From Octopus sinensis (taxonomy: Eukaryota), in contig NC_043004.1 in NCBI RefSeq assembly GCF_006345805.1, positions 37,014,001 through 37,078,000 on the forward strand: a stretch of 64,000 nucleotides of DNA, in the 5' to 3' direction. Positions 39,799 to 55,137 of the stretch are shown piece by piece. The position numbers were made by a program, and so were the translations under genes. Under the pieces are notes generated by a model. That model saw only the letters and a program-made list of their open reading frames with translations, was not told the origin of the DNA and ran no database searches. Position 1 is the stretch's first letter; the number at the start of each line of letters is the position of its first letter.

Positions 39799-41795
39799 CC
39801 AGTGGGATATAAACGGCAGGAAATAAGGGTATGCGCTTTGTCAGAAAAATTAGGGTTAATAAGCGTCGATGAGGTAATAGAACTAGAGGGGATAAGTCTA
39901 GGTTTCTATGTAAGTGGGAGACGGTATAGTGAAATAGTGGACCCAAAAAGAGAAAACAAAGAAATGTGGAAAAGAACAAATGGAATTTTGAAGGAAAGTA
40001 AATAAAGTATATATATATATATATATCTTCAGTATCTTTTTCTTTAGCCATAATCAGTTGACCTTATCACTTCATATCTCTTCTTGTTTCTGAATAGCAC
40101 TGAGTAAAATTTACTTTCCTTCAAAATTCCATGGAGGGAAAAGGACTAAATTGTAAATTGGAGCCCAGGTATGATAGATCAGCAGATCTGCTTATTCGAA
40201 TGTAGGGAGCGAGAATCCATATAGAACCATAGTTCACATTTTATCAGAATGTCTCAGAATGTCAACAATAAGCTCAAAATGAATACAAAACGGCCAAGTG
40301 TGGCAAGATTACTGTAATAATTCACTAGAATTTTGTAGGCACAGAAAAAATTATAACCATCTTGTAGGAAGAGAAATGCAAGTTCTTGAAAGCGATGAAA
40401 TGATGACATACATTGTAACTGGTATGACATTTCGTTCTGATACCAGAGTAAAAGGAAAAGAAGAATAAAAAGAAGTGTATTACCCTGTCTTGAAGAATGA
40501 AATCGTCACGTGATGGAACAGAGAAGTTAACAAGGTCATGAAACTGTAGTTTAATATTTTAGGGACCACAAGAACAAGGACATGAAAAATCTGACAACAA
40601 AGCCTGAACGACTCGATCTGAATCTGTGAGTGGATGTAGTAGAGTCATTCTGCTTATTAGTTTCAGCAAGTATTTATGAACAGATGTGAGAAGTAGATGA
40701 AAAATTTCTACAGAAGGGAGAAAATGTTCTTCATCTTAGACCACAAGTTGTGGTCCCTGGGAGACATAATTAAACTGAACGCAATACCAATCTTGCACTA
40801 CCTGACGGTACAAATGACGGTACTTGTAAATTTCAGGCTAAAGACATCGTTAATCAGGACAGATCTGAACTCAGAATGTGCGTTTCATTTTCGGAGCTGA
40901 AGGAAAGTCCTAGAAATTCTAAGGTCGAGTCTATCGACCCTGTACTCTGGCTTATAAAATGGCCAACTGTATCACCCTACACCGAAAGTTTCGATCGACG
41001 TCCTTATTGTATTTTTCCCCTTACTCCACGTGTGTGTGTGTATTTATATATATATACACTTTTAATCCAATTTTCCATGCCAGAGCTGCTTTTCCCCGTC
41101 TAACTTTTCTCATAAAATATCGACCAGCAAAATCTCAACTGATCAAGTTTATAAATATACCTATTACTGTGTAGCTCTTTTTTTTTTCTTAAGATTTTAT
41201 GTTTAACTTTGCCTAGCAACGAAAAAGGAACCGAATACTCAATCCATGTTTGTCCGTATGACAATATTTTATTATGAAAAGAACGTTGAATCGCGTGAGC
41301 TTACATGTATCAAACATGCATAAAAGCAATACATCAAAACAGATCAATCAAATATATCAGATGTGAAGAGATCTGAGATGACATAATATTAGAGAAAGAG
41401 AGAGTGCGTGTGTGTGTATATGTGTGTATGTGTGTGTGTGTGTGTGATAGAGAGAGAGAGAAAGCTGTGTTCATGCAATAATAGAAAGTGTGGTTAGATA
41501 AAGAAATAAATATGTATATTTGGTGCAGCGACGAGTTGAGTGAGAATGGAAAAATGAGACAGAGTGAGTAAAACAATATTGAAAGGGAATGGCGAATAAA
41601 AAGATTGCAATGTGGGGGACGTACAGAAGAGGGAGATGGCAAAATAGTGACAGTGATGGGGGGGGAAGAAATTTCAGAGTAAAAGATAGGTGCTAGGTAA
41701 ACTGAGTGAGTCGGAGAAAGGTGGTTAGATAAACAAGAGAGAAAAGGAGAAGGAGAGAAAGAGAGAAAAGAGACTAAAATGCGGGAGTTTGTAGC

Positions 41796-41975
<180 letters not shown>

Positions 41976-42099
41976 AGTGTGTTTGTGGAGGGTGTATGGT
42001 TAGCGTGTGTGTGCAGAATTAAATAAACTGATCTAAAGAATAGAAATAGTTGTGAAGTCAATCTATATAGATGGAATTTTCAGAGGCAGTTAACAGCGG

Positions 42100-42180
<81 letters not shown>

Positions 42181-43002
42181 CGTGCGTGTATGTATTCTGA
42201 AAGAGACAAAAAGCTATTGATATAAAAAGAATGTGACTCTAATGGTAGGAAAAGGCAAACTAAAAATAAATGAGAGAGGAAAAGATGAAAACAAGATGGC
42301 TGGAAGGAGCCAGCTTGCAAAAGAGATACTTAAATTTGATACGAAATTAGTGAAGAGAAAAATTGAGAATACCATAGAGGAATATTAATAATTTGAGAGG
42401 AAAATAATAAAATAAAATTGTGGCAGGGATGGAAATATGAAAGCAGAAGGTAGTTGTGGAAGTAAGGTAGTTGGAATAGAATGGAAACGGTGTGCAGTTG
42501 AAATATCAACAGTAGAAAGATGTTGTTTAGTGAAGAGTTAAGTAAAAGCGTGATCGAGTGGAATGGCGAGAAAATAGAAGAAAGGCTGGAAAACGTGAGT
42601 AATAAAAGACCTATCACTGCTACTGTTTAAAGGTAGGCTTTTTGGAATTGATTCAATGGGCACAATACTTTACTGATTCAGTTAGAAGCTCAAATAATAA
42701 TTCCTAGCATTGAAACTGCGTCAAATATTCAAAGGGAAAACATTATGGATCGATTCAACCTCAGTATTTAGCGGGTATTTTATTCGAATCAACAAATGCA
42801 GTCGCTACTCCTGCAAGAAATAGTAACCAAATCGCCCAAAAGTCACACTTAACTGACTTAATAAGAAAGGACACATAACATTGCAGCCATGGACTAAATA
42901 TTTCTAAATAAGAGGTGTAGTCAAGGCTGGAAAGTCTTTGATCATATTTCACCTGGTAAGAATATCAAATTTATAACCCACAGAAATTTATTACTGCACC
43001 AG

Positions 43003-43044
<42 letters not shown>

Positions 43045-44077
43045 CTGAGAGTCATACAGGCACAGAGAAACACAGAAATCTGTCACATGTCAGTAATTAA
43101 CATAAATCTCACTCAACACCATTAACAGAATGAAGCCGCCATTCCAATGTTCTGGTTTATCTTCCATTAATCAGGATATTTTCACCATCTCTGAGCGCCA
43201 ATACTTCCTTTCGACATCATGTAATTATCCTTTGTAAATCTAATCCTCGTGTTGTCTTTCATTCACTTTCATGTTTGACAACATTATCAGGATAATTACA
43301 TTCCAAATACCATTATGACGATAATTAGTTATCAAATACTAATTAATTTCTTAATTACTTCCCTGTAAAAAATCGTTGACAAAAATGACAAAATCGTTTA
43401 TCGTGTACATAGGTAAATCAGTTTTGTGTTCATTTCTTTCTTCTCAAGATATTAAGGCTGCCACAAAAAAAAATTGCTTTTAACTTTTCATATTGATTTA
43501 GTAATATTTGTTTATTGAGCGACCAGAAACAATTAGTAACTCAACAAAGTAAACAGACTACAATGTAAATAAGCTATCTCATTTAATAACCTAGAATAAC
43601 TGTCAGAGATCCTGGATAACGCCACAACCTTGACAGCTACCAACACCTGTTTCAAAACAATTCAAACTCTACAGACGTTTCTTTCCAGTGTTCTAATATT
43701 ACTCAATAAAGAAGCTTCATTTGGCTCCATTATGATTCGTCCCAGATTGTTTTTCCTTGTATAGGTTCGAAAACAAAAGCACAATGACTTTTGAAAAATA
43801 ACAATCTCAATGTTAAGTGCTGGTCTTTGTAAATTTCTAACTTCATTCCCCATATTTTTTAATCATTTCCACGGAAACTGAAAATATTGGGAATGAGTTC
43901 AGAATGGAATTCGTCAGATTCTCTGAAGAAGTTAGTGTTTTCATATTGTTTAGAATAAATCTCTACTTAAATCCTGTTTTTTTTTTTAAGATTATATCAC
44001 ATTTATTCTGCTACAGGGAAAATTCCACATGCATTACTGGTATATCTAACTATATTTCATTAACTTTCTGTTCTTAA

Positions 44078-44299
44078 CCCATTAAGTCCCACTGTCCTAA
44101 AACAGGACACTAAATGGGAACATTAAATAAGCTATATCACATTGTCTCAGTGTCCTATTTATAGGACACCGAGTATTCCCATTTCTACTTGAAGTAAAGG
44201 AGTTTTAATAATTATTCTTTTCATTTTAACCTATTTTCAATCATCCGTAAAAATTTAAAAGTGATATTCAGAAATTTAAGTACTCTGGGACTTAATGGG
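44078..44299. mobile_element. piggyBac-type MITE
   Basis: TTAA|CCCATTAAGTCCCA ... TGGGACTTAATGGG|TTAA: perfect 14-bp TIRs, CCC/GGG ends and TTAA duplication. Confidence 0.9.
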
Positions 44300-44672
44300 T
44301 TAAATATTTAAACATAAAGGTATCAACTATATTGAAGTATACGAGTTCATGTAAGCAAATTCATTTGTGACAGCTGAAAATTTCAATGGCGGTATTTGCC
44401 TCGCATGATATTTAGAAGTCATACAGTTTTATAAACGAATAATGTATATTACGATAGTTGGATATGATCTCTATTTACGAGTGTGATGATATTAGTACAA
44501 GTATTTTGTTTTAGAAATTAAATGTGTGGGGATGTGGTGTATCTTGATGCCCTTTTTTTATTCAAAGTTTTTAGCATACCGTGAGGAAGTGGTGCCTATG
44601 TTTCATACGAATGGTGTTAGCTGATCAACTGTGTATTTGTGTGTGTATTCGTGTGTGTGTGTGTGTGTGTAT

Positions 44673-44710
<38 letters not shown>

Positions 44711-46108
44711 CTGCGTCTAAGGATCAAGAATTAAATGTTAAAATGTTTTATAAATATTCTGTAAGATTATTTAAATAGAGCAATTAAAGAGGGTAACGCC
44801 TATTATCTTTTATGAAATTGAAAAATATCTCCCCAAATATGGACAGCAAAGGTCTTGGATATTGACTGGGCAGAAGATATGGTGAGAGATGAACACGGTT
44901 TATAAACTGGGGGTGGTGAAACAAATGGTTAAATCATGGGTCAGAGAAATAGACCATTGGCAAGAACATTGGTGGGGGAAGACAGAGTAAATTATGCAAC
45001 CAGAATGTAGTATGTAAAATACGATAATTATTCTGAAAGTCAAATGTAAAGATTTATATTTTTTAGAAAAGCAAATCTTATCAATAAGAGTCAGAAACAA
45101 TACTAAATATTAACGTGTAACCTTAAATGATATTAACATGTCATTTAGTATCCGTTTACAGAGGAGGATTGTATTTCAATATTGTAAATACCCCGACTAT
45201 AACAATTTAGGGTTATTTCTGTCACCATCCACAAAATCGGTTCTCTTTTTGTCAATGATTAGAGCGAAATATCGGATGATAAGTCGCTGAATCAGGACAA
45301 GCTTCATGTGATGCGCCGATTCAGCCTAGGCTGGACCAATTTCTCTTCAGACGAAAAACTACGACTCAAATCGCAAAGTGAAGTTGCTTAATCTGTCCTT
45401 TTTTCCAGTTAAGCTATAAAGAGTTATTAAACGATGCGATACAAATTCCAAACCTTTGCTATTGAAATCAGTGCACAATTAATTACAATAGCAAACTCTC
45501 TAAACTGAAATTACTCTCGACAGTGTGCCTCACACTGAATATTTCATAACATCGTATAGTAATACCCCCAACGAATCAAACTAAGAATCGAGATGTCGAA
45601 GAAACTAAGAAAATATTAATCTCCTCTTCTGAAACTACACGTAAAGGGAACTGAACCCTTATGCTCGCTATGCATGTTTTTATCGGCCATGGGGAAATAA
45701 AATTTCTACAGCATTGAAGAGAAAGAATATCCACGACTTTAGCCTTAATAATCAATAATCTACAGGACTAAGTAAAGATTACTGGAAACGACAATATTAT
45801 CCGACCATTAGTCAATTATTTCATTTAATTTTAATACTTTAATAAATGGTGTATACAAATTACAAATTTGTCATTGAAGAAACTATAAAGCATTTTGGTT
45901 AAATCAAAATATACTCGCACAAAATGTTATACTCCTTGTTGCTTTTGAAACAAGAATCACATTCTTTTCAAACTACGAACACTTTTCCCATATTTTATTT
46001 AACAAGCTTTCCAATTAAAATCCAGTGTGTCTAATTATTAAATTTTCTAAAACTGATAAAATACAGATCATCTGATATACAATTTCTAATTTTCTCCGTC
46101 ACTACATT

Positions 46109-46183
<75 letters not shown>

Positions 46184-49100
46184 CTATCTCTATTTATCTA
46201 TCTATCTTTCTCTTTTACTTTGAAATGAAAATATTCAACCTATGTTTACCATCCTTAGTCGACTGTAAAAAGAAAATCTCAAATCCCCAGATAAACATGT
46301 GCGCGCGCACACACACGCACACAGACACACACACACACACACACACACACAAATCACTCGTATTTGCTTGGAAAAACTACTTCTTTCCAGTCTTAATATT
46401 TTTGCCAATACTTTTTTTTTTATCTCGTGAGTGTCAATAAGATAAAAAGAGGATATTTAATTAATAATTATCAGTAGGCCAATCAATAAATCAATGAAAA
46501 TAAATAATCGAAGCTCTAATGAGAGACAGTCGCTGTCGGTTATTTACCGATTCCGTTGATATAATTGGATAGGAATCGCTTTAAACAGCATCATTCTCTT
46601 AACACCATTACATCTTGCTACTGCTCGTGTTTTCTTTTTGGTTGTTTTTTGTTCCAGTCTCTCTCTCTCTCTCTGTCTCTCTCTCTCTCCCAACAGTTCA
46701 TATAATAATATGTGTTCTCTTTATATGCAAAGAAATACAAGAATACATGATTTCTCAGATGCTTTCAGATTTTCCTAAGAATTTCCTTTTTATCTTACCA
46801 ACTGTTAGAACCTTCACAGTCAATGGAAGCAAAAGAAAAACCGATAAATTACAGCTGAAGCACAGCTTAATTCTAATTTCCTGACTCCTAACCTTAGCTT
46901 GGGTCAAGCCGTCAGTGAGTATTATCCAACAGTTTCTTATAAATCAAGTGTGAGTCGTTGAAGCTCCAGTCAACTTCAATCACTGTTCACAGGAAGTTAT
47001 TTCATTTTGCTGCTATTTCGACGCCATCTTTGAAGGGAGAGGTTAAATGTAGGGGTGCCCAGGTCAGCTCATGTCTCAACGGCACATCATTCCAAGCTAT
47101 CTACATTGGAATTTGATTTCTGACTGACACGCTCGCTATCTACAAATATGATAAAATAAATACTGGTAATAGAGTAAGATAATCCAGTAGTTTCTAGATC
47201 ATTGACTGAAGTTTCTTAAAGATGACTAAGTACTATTTAATGACTTCATTACAAGAGGGGCTAAAGTAAAGATGAGATGTGACGTGTTCCTGTCCAGTCA
47301 TCCAAATTGCATGAAGAACAAAGTCTCGCCAAGAAAATTTTTAAATAAAAAAAAATAGGTCCTGCTTCTTCTAATCAGACATAGAACAAATCCTCTCAAT
47401 TAATATTAATGAACATTTGATATAAACATTCCATTAAAGAAGAACCGCAAAGCAGCGTTTGTCGGCAAAATATGTTTTATCTTGGATACAATCACAGACA
47501 ATAGTTTTATTATATCAAGCGAGTGACCCCCTAACTAGACAACCTTCATTCATTACTATACTCTTGATATTTCCGGTTCTTGTAATAACACTTTCACGAA
47601 AATGGAATTTAGGACAGTTATTTTATAAGTATTCAAAACTTACAAACTTACTAAGCATCATTGTTCATATTCTAATGAAGTCAGAGTTCTTCGTTGTAAC
47701 AGCTGTTAGATAAACTTCCATTTACTATTATATCTTTCAGCGGAATCAAATACTTCCGCTGTGACAGACAAATAATGATGCAGTTCTTTTTCAGCTAATT
47801 TATATTTGTGGAAAAGTTTTATAATAAGTGAAATATGTTTTGTCATCAAATATTTTCTGTGACCAGAATACTGGCTAGTGGACAGCATAAACTATTTGAA
47901 TGGAAAAGAGAATTACGTATACAGATAGAAACCAATATAAATGACATCTATATCAATGAAAAATGAGTTCAACTGTGGTCTTTATCTGCTTCTAGAGATG
48001 TTGCCTTTATGGTAATTTCATAATGCACAACAGAATGTGTATTTGAAACTGTTTGAAAGTCTAGCCATAAAACCGACCCATAAATCTAGTATTAGTGCAA
48101 ACATTAGATGCTTTCTAGACATGTAACTCGTATAACTAACGCCATTGTTGCTGAACAGTTAACTGGGATTAAGCATTTACTCTATATTTACATTTTAGCG
48201 ACAAGAAACGAGAACAAGTTTAATGTAATTTTCAGACGTCTGGTATACAACCCAGCAACTATTAGCATATTTAATTACACAACCTTTAAAGTGGTTAATA
48301 CTTCTTATAAAAACTTGACTAACATTAATCTGGATATGAATAATTGTTGTTGTGTGCTGACGTAATTTTACAGAACTGATATTCATATTCTCTATGTTTT
48401 ATATACTGCAGAAACATTCTAACCGATAGAAGGTAGCAATTCATATAAGTCAAAAGATAAACATACGGTGTGTGAGCAGATATCTATCTTGTTACCAAAT
48501 ATAAATTGGCATGCAGAAAAGTAGATAAATGAACTGATAAGAAAAGTAGAAAGTATTTTCAGAGAGACAGGGTGGGTACCAAAGCAGCCAATACTGTCAC
48601 ATTGGGAGGATATAATGTTGTGGTTGTCTTTTTTAAGGGTTCCAGGTTATCATTTATTTGGTGACAGATTCTCAATGCACAATGTACTTTGAACATGGTT
48701 CTTCATTTGACTTTTGAGTAGCCGCCATAGTCAGTAGGATTAAAGTTAGAAGTTATTATACAAAGTTCCTCCAAACGCAATGATCGGATGGAAGTGTACT
48801 AATATGTATTGAATATAATAATGAACACACACTTGATAGATTTATTTAAATCTACTTCAACTGTTTCTTCGAAGTTTGGACAAAACAGCTCTACACGCTT
48901 CAGTACATTTTGATATCGGAAGAAAAACTAAATTGAGAAGCAAACCAGCCTTTTATCAAAGATGGAAAGACTATAGCATTTAAATTTATCAGTATAGATA
49001 AACTTGAATTATGCATTCGGCCGTAAGCCTCACAGAATTTATGAGAAATTTGCATATTTTTGCTGAATATTTCGTATTATTTTTTAAGGATATCTATATT

Positions 49101-50820
49101 GCATATTCTAATTGGTTCATTGAGTCTAAATGTAACATATTTCATATGATTCGGTTATCAGAAAACCTTTTAATTAACCTTCAGAAAATAATATCCGAAT
49201 GACAATACTAGTTATGGAAAAACCAAGCAATTTGGTTATCATACAAACTTAAGGCACCTCCTCAGAAAGGGTACATACCGATGGGGTGTTTATTTAACAA
49301 TGAACTGAGCATAGAAAAAGAGTCAAAACACAATCTAGAGGATGTTATTAAAATTATCTTTTGAAATTGAAATGTTTTAATTCTGAACAAAAGTAAATAT
49401 GCAGATTTTTTTACAAGGCTCTCTCTGTTCCTACTTTATAAACTATATAAGGACATTGCTGATATCAGAGACCTGGCTTATTTTACCCTATTCTAGATAT
49501 GGATGAGGAATAAAAAAAAAAGATTATTTAATTCTGGAGGGATTTTGTAGTAGCAGATTAAAACATCGAGAATAACTCGGTGATGAAGAATATTTTTATA
49601 TATATAGATTTTATTCAAGTTCTTTAAATTATTAAAATTAAATATTTCTTAATTGGAATTTTTAAAAATTGAAAGAAAATACCAGCTGACAGAAAATATG
49701 CCCCAAGTAATTGTTTTATTTATAATTTTTAAATAAAAAATAACAACACCAAACTTCAAATACCAAATAAGAGTCGGAGATAATGGACTTCGTATTTCAG
49801 TTAACTGTGTCTAATACATATGTTAACATTTTCTTTTATCGTGGAGACACAATTAACGCCCAAAATTAAATCAAAGACTTCTTTCAATTGGTTTTGACTT
49901 GACAATATTTTGTTTGTTTAAAGCTGATAATTATTTTCGTTTGTTTTCTCCACTTCGCTGATTGCCGACGCCGACATTTTCAAATATAATTGGCCAGACA
50001 AAAATGGATACTGAAAGATAGGGCAAGTCAAAACCTATTTTCGATTAATCTAGCTTTCATTCAATCACTAAAGCCCTAAGAAACTGAACAATGTAATAAA
50101 TTGCTATAATAATTTAAGTGACATATGATAGTATGTTTTGAAAACAATAGATTTTGAAAACTGGATGTTAAATTTATTTGAAAGGAAAACTGCAGGTGTG
50201 TCACTTCTTTCTAAGAGATAAACATGAAGCAATGGAGGATGAAATCTTTGTTTAGCAACAGAATGATGTGCCTGGAATAGATTTTAAATCCTATCTCATA
50301 GGTTGATGGTTCCATGACACAATATACATAAATATTACCATAACAGAAGAAACGTATGCACCAATGAGTTAACCTTTTAAACTATCAATCTTTGTCCATT
50401 TCTCATTTTCTGATAGTTATACTCTCTATAGGATGACATATCTGCATTTATTTATTAAGGGTACTGAATTGGTAAATTCATTCAAGCACCGGGACACTGC
50501 AATGCATGCTGGGGCTATTTACATTCGGGGCTCAAATACCTACAAGGGAATTTTTATCTTTCATCCATTCAGAGTCGATAAATTAAAATTCCAATTAAGT
50601 ATTGAGACCTGATGTTCCTTGAACCAAAACTAAGATTAGATTATTTCGTAATAATAATAAACGTTACAATAACTCCCATAATATCTGTTATCTAAAAATT
50701 AAACCGTTTCGGATAAACCCAACATATTTAAATTCTGCTGGAATATGAGGAAGTTAATATTCTGAAATACATCTGGCACTAAAATTTAAACAGACAGACA
50801 GACAGACGGACGGACGGACG

Positions 50821-50883
<63 letters not shown>

Positions 50884-50912
50884 GGACGGACGGACGGACG
50901 GACGGACGGACG

Positions 50913-50950
<38 letters not shown>

Positions 50951-51488
50951 TGGGTAGATAGACAGGCGGATAGACAGAGATAGACGGATAGACAGACTGA
51001 CAGACAGATAGATAGGCAGAGGGATAGACACATACATACATACAAACATACATACATACATACATACATACATACATACATACATACATACATACATACA
51101 TACATACATACATACATACATACTTGGGCCCTAGGATATGTAACACACTGCCTAAATACCAATCCTGAGAAATTAGGCGTCTTAAAACCAGAAAGCTAGT
51201 TCGGAAACTACAGATCCAATCCATCACCGGAACTGTAAAAATCTGTAAAACTTTCCAGAAGTTTATCATTTAAAATATATACGAACATGTCTAGATATGC
51301 AACTATATGCATACATAACGCAAAACATACAAATCTACACATATACCTACATACAAAAATACCCTGTTGTTGATGTTGAAATTCCAATGAAACTTTGATC
51401 TAGGTTCGAAACCGTCTCTTTCTGTATTGGCAAGAAATCTTGAAATAAAACTGAACAATGACATACATACATAGATAGATAGACAGAC

Positions 51489-51531
<43 letters not shown>

Positions 51532-51532
51532 A

Positions 51533-51648
<116 letters not shown>

Positions 51649-52012
51649 CACAACAAATTGGAAACAATGGCAACAATGACAGCAAGCTTCCAACAGAACA
51701 ATCATTCGTTTGCTGTCGGCTGATGGTGAGCTTTGATACAAAAGAAAACCAAAAATTCTGCAGGTTTCACTTGTAAAGAACTTTTAAGGTTCTCTTTCTG
51801 ACCTTTATATATTTCGCCACACACAAATCGCTGTAAGTTTTAACTGCGATTCAAGACACGTAATTTATTGAGTTCATGATCATAATACGTGTGTGCGTAT
51901 GTACATGTATACACACACACATGCATATATACATACATATGCACACATATACATGTGTGTGTATTTGTGCGTGTGAGTGAGTGAGTGAGTGAGTGAGTGA
52001 GTGAGTGAGTGA

Positions 52013-52055
<43 letters not shown>

Positions 52056-52391
52056 CATTCGTATTAACTGCCACTCAATTGAGTTCAAAATTTTAAAGAA
52101 ACAAGACTAGTCTTGTAAATGCCATCAACTGAACATAGAAATACTTCCGCACTATTGTATGGTATTGAGTACTTCACCGTCAATTGTAATTTTCAGCTTT
52201 TTTTTTTTTGTAAAATGTAAAATGGTGACTCCAACAAAATGCCTTTTGTTGGACACACTATTTTAATAAAACAGTTCACACACAGTATTAATGCTTTGAT
52301 TGTTAATTCTAAGTGATCTACTCATGTTCCCTTCGTCAGGAAAACCAAGGATATCTGTGCATGATGGTGATGGTGGTGGCTTTGTGTTTGT

Positions 52392-52443
<52 letters not shown>

Positions 52444-52525
52444 GTGTGTGCAATAATGTAATTGATAACAAGGAAAGTTTCAACGACAGATTGTTGCGGT
52501 GAGAATTTGATTTTTTTGTCCTTAA

Positions 52526-53019
52526 TCTATACTTTTAATATAATAAATGCGAAATCTAATTTCAGTGTGTCAGTGTCACACTTTGACCCCCTCTCTCACT
52601 ATTCAGTGACACTTTTATTCCTCATGCTGGGGTGAGAGTAATAGTAGGCATAGAGACAGTGAGGGCGATGACGAAGACAAACAGAGAGAGAAAGAAAGAG
52701 AGAGACAAAGAAATCTAGGGAGAGTTGATGATGTATTATTAAAAGTAGTAGCGTTGATGGTGGCAGTGGGAGTAATAATAGAGAGAGGGAAAGAGAGAGA
52801 GAGAGAGACGGAGATGATGCACAACTTTGTTTAACCACGTCTCTTTGCCAGAAATTCCTGTGGCCAACATACTGAAAACTGAACCAACATGCTGAACACT
52901 TTTACACACACATTTAGCCTTTTGCTTTTATTTTTGTTTTATTTTTGCTTTCTTTAATACATACATATATATATATATACATACACACAGACACACACAC
53001 ACATATATATATATGTGTG

Positions 53020-53062
<43 letters not shown>

Positions 53063-53530
53063 GTACACTTTAATTGAAATAAAGTTTCCCTAAAATTAAA
53101 ACATCTAATATAATAAATGTGAAAGTCAGTGTGACATTAATAAATCCTTTATACGGGAAGCTCAAGGCCTCAAATTTGGGAGAAGGGATTAAGTCGATTA
53201 CATCGACCCCAGTACATAGCTGATACTAATTTTATCGACCCCGAAGGGATGAAAGGCAAAGTCGACCTCGGCGGAATTCGAGCTCAAAACCTAGCGACAG
53301 GCGAAAGACTGCTAAGCATTTCGCCCGGCGTGCTAACGATTCTGCCAGCTCGCCGCTTTAATATAATATAATAATGTAATATCTGTAATAATAAATGCCA
53401 AAACGAATTTGTGTGTGTCAGTGTGTCACACTTTGATCCCCACCTCCTCACTATTCAATGACACTTCTACTATTCCTCATGTTGGGGTGAGAGTAATAGT
53501 AGGCATAGATAGGGTGAAGGCGGTAGTAGA
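52526..53530 (+). mobile_element. Cluster of related Helitron-like 5' ends (52526, ~53104, ~53380)
   Basis: A|TCTATACTTTTAATATAATAAATGCGAAA-type starts; 52560-52660 and 53410-53515 are clear homologues; no 3' CTAG end found. Confidence 0.45.
53138..53358 (-). mobile_element. SINE family A
   Basis: Near full-length match to 3920-4108. Confidence 0.9.
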
Positions 53531-53635
53531 TTGACGGTTGTGACGGAAATGATATGATAGTTATAGTATTGGATGTAGTTGTGATACTAAACTATTAGAA
53601 ATTGTTTATAAACACGGCATTTTATGTTCAGATAA

Positions 53636-53986
53636 CACTGGACAACAAAGATTTTGCTACTGAAGTAAAAGCATGTGTTTTAGACTAAATCGAGGATGCT
53701 GATTCCGAATCCGCACTCAGAATTATTCTATCACATCAGGATTTTGAGTTATGTGCATGCGCAAGATTATAACTATACTTTCGGCTAGATAAAGCCGTAT
53801 TATAAAATTTGCTAAAATGAAAGCGGTCTTAATTCAAAATTAAAGAAATAACAGCAATGAAACAAACCATGAGAAATTTCATTATTTAGTTTAGCAATAG
53901 ATGGCGCTGACGTATTGTGTACAATGCCAAATACAACAGTTTGTTCTTGGTAACTCTTAGTGTCATTTGTGCTGCCATCACGTGTG

Positions 53987-54062
<76 letters not shown>

Positions 54063-55137
54063 TTCTCTCTCTCTCTTTCTCTCTCTCTCCGTGATTACTG
54101 TTTTAACTGTGTTCATTGTGTTAGATCATTAATAGGAGAGGTTATGTGAATCACCCAGACAACTTTTGTTATGTCTGTGGAAAATTTGCTCCGCGTGACC
54201 AGCGGAGGAACATTGCCATCAAATTAAAACTGCCTATAAATATTATTTCGAGTGTAAATTTGGGGACCAAGACACAAGGTGAGCACTTCACAAATGTTGC
54301 AATATGCGTTACTCAAGGCTTAGACAGTGGCTGAATGGGAAACGGAAGGGAATACCTTTTGCTGCAACAATGGTATGGCGTGAGCCAACCAATAATGTCT
54401 CTGATTGTTACTGTTACATGATTAATATTAGTGGTTTCTCAAAGAAAACCAAATCAAAAATTGTGTATGCAGATTGTAAGTCGGCTCTAAAACCGGTCCC
54501 ACATTACTTCGAGAACCCTGTCCCAGTTCCCTTCTCACATGCTTCACTTGAAAATCTTGACACGTCGCATGATGAATCCCCGGACTCTCCTAGCGACGAA
54601 GAGTACGTAGGTGATTCTAAGAAAAATGAGCCAGACAAGTTTAATCAAGGTTTGAACGATTTAGTAAGAGGCCTAGCATTGTCAAAGGAGGAGGCAGAAA
54701 TTTTGGGATCCAAACTACAACAAAGGAATCTCCTACAGCAAGGTACAAAAATTTCCATTTTCCGTTCTCGCCATAAAGGCTTATCTGTCTTTTTCGAGCA
54801 AGAAAATAATGATTGTTTCTGTACAGACATTAATGCACTCATGCAAAAACTAAGACAGATGCATGTGGCTAACGAATGGAGATTGTTTATAGACTCGAAT
54901 AAGGTTAGCCTCAAAACTGTGTTGTCACATAATGGTAATGAAAAGCCTGCCATTCCTGTGGGTCATGTTGTCGGTGTGGAAGAAACTTATGAACCGATGG
55001 AACTCTTTCTGATTAATTACTCAGTTTACAGGTGGAATATTTGTGGTGTTTTAAAGGTGATTTCCCTCCTCCTAGAACTGCAGTTGGGATATACCAAAAA
55101 TATGTCCTTCTTGTGTTTTTGGAAACGCTGTCAATAA
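53636..55137 (+). mobile_element. Chapaev3-like (CMC superfamily) DNA transposon, disrupted and 3'-truncated transposase
   Basis: NHPDNFCYVCG; KTAYKYYFECKFGDQD (shifted frame, then a stop); ORF 54304-55137 with MVWREPTN..DCYC, LNDLVRGLALSKEEAEILGSKL, EWRLFIDS..SLKTVL.HNGN; putative 5' terminus CACTG at 53636. Confidence 0.75.

Noticed and set aside
51375-51425. CAATGA...TTCGAAACCGTCTC possible hammerhead relic
   Set aside because: The 5' core and cleavage triplet are not recognisable from this copy alone.
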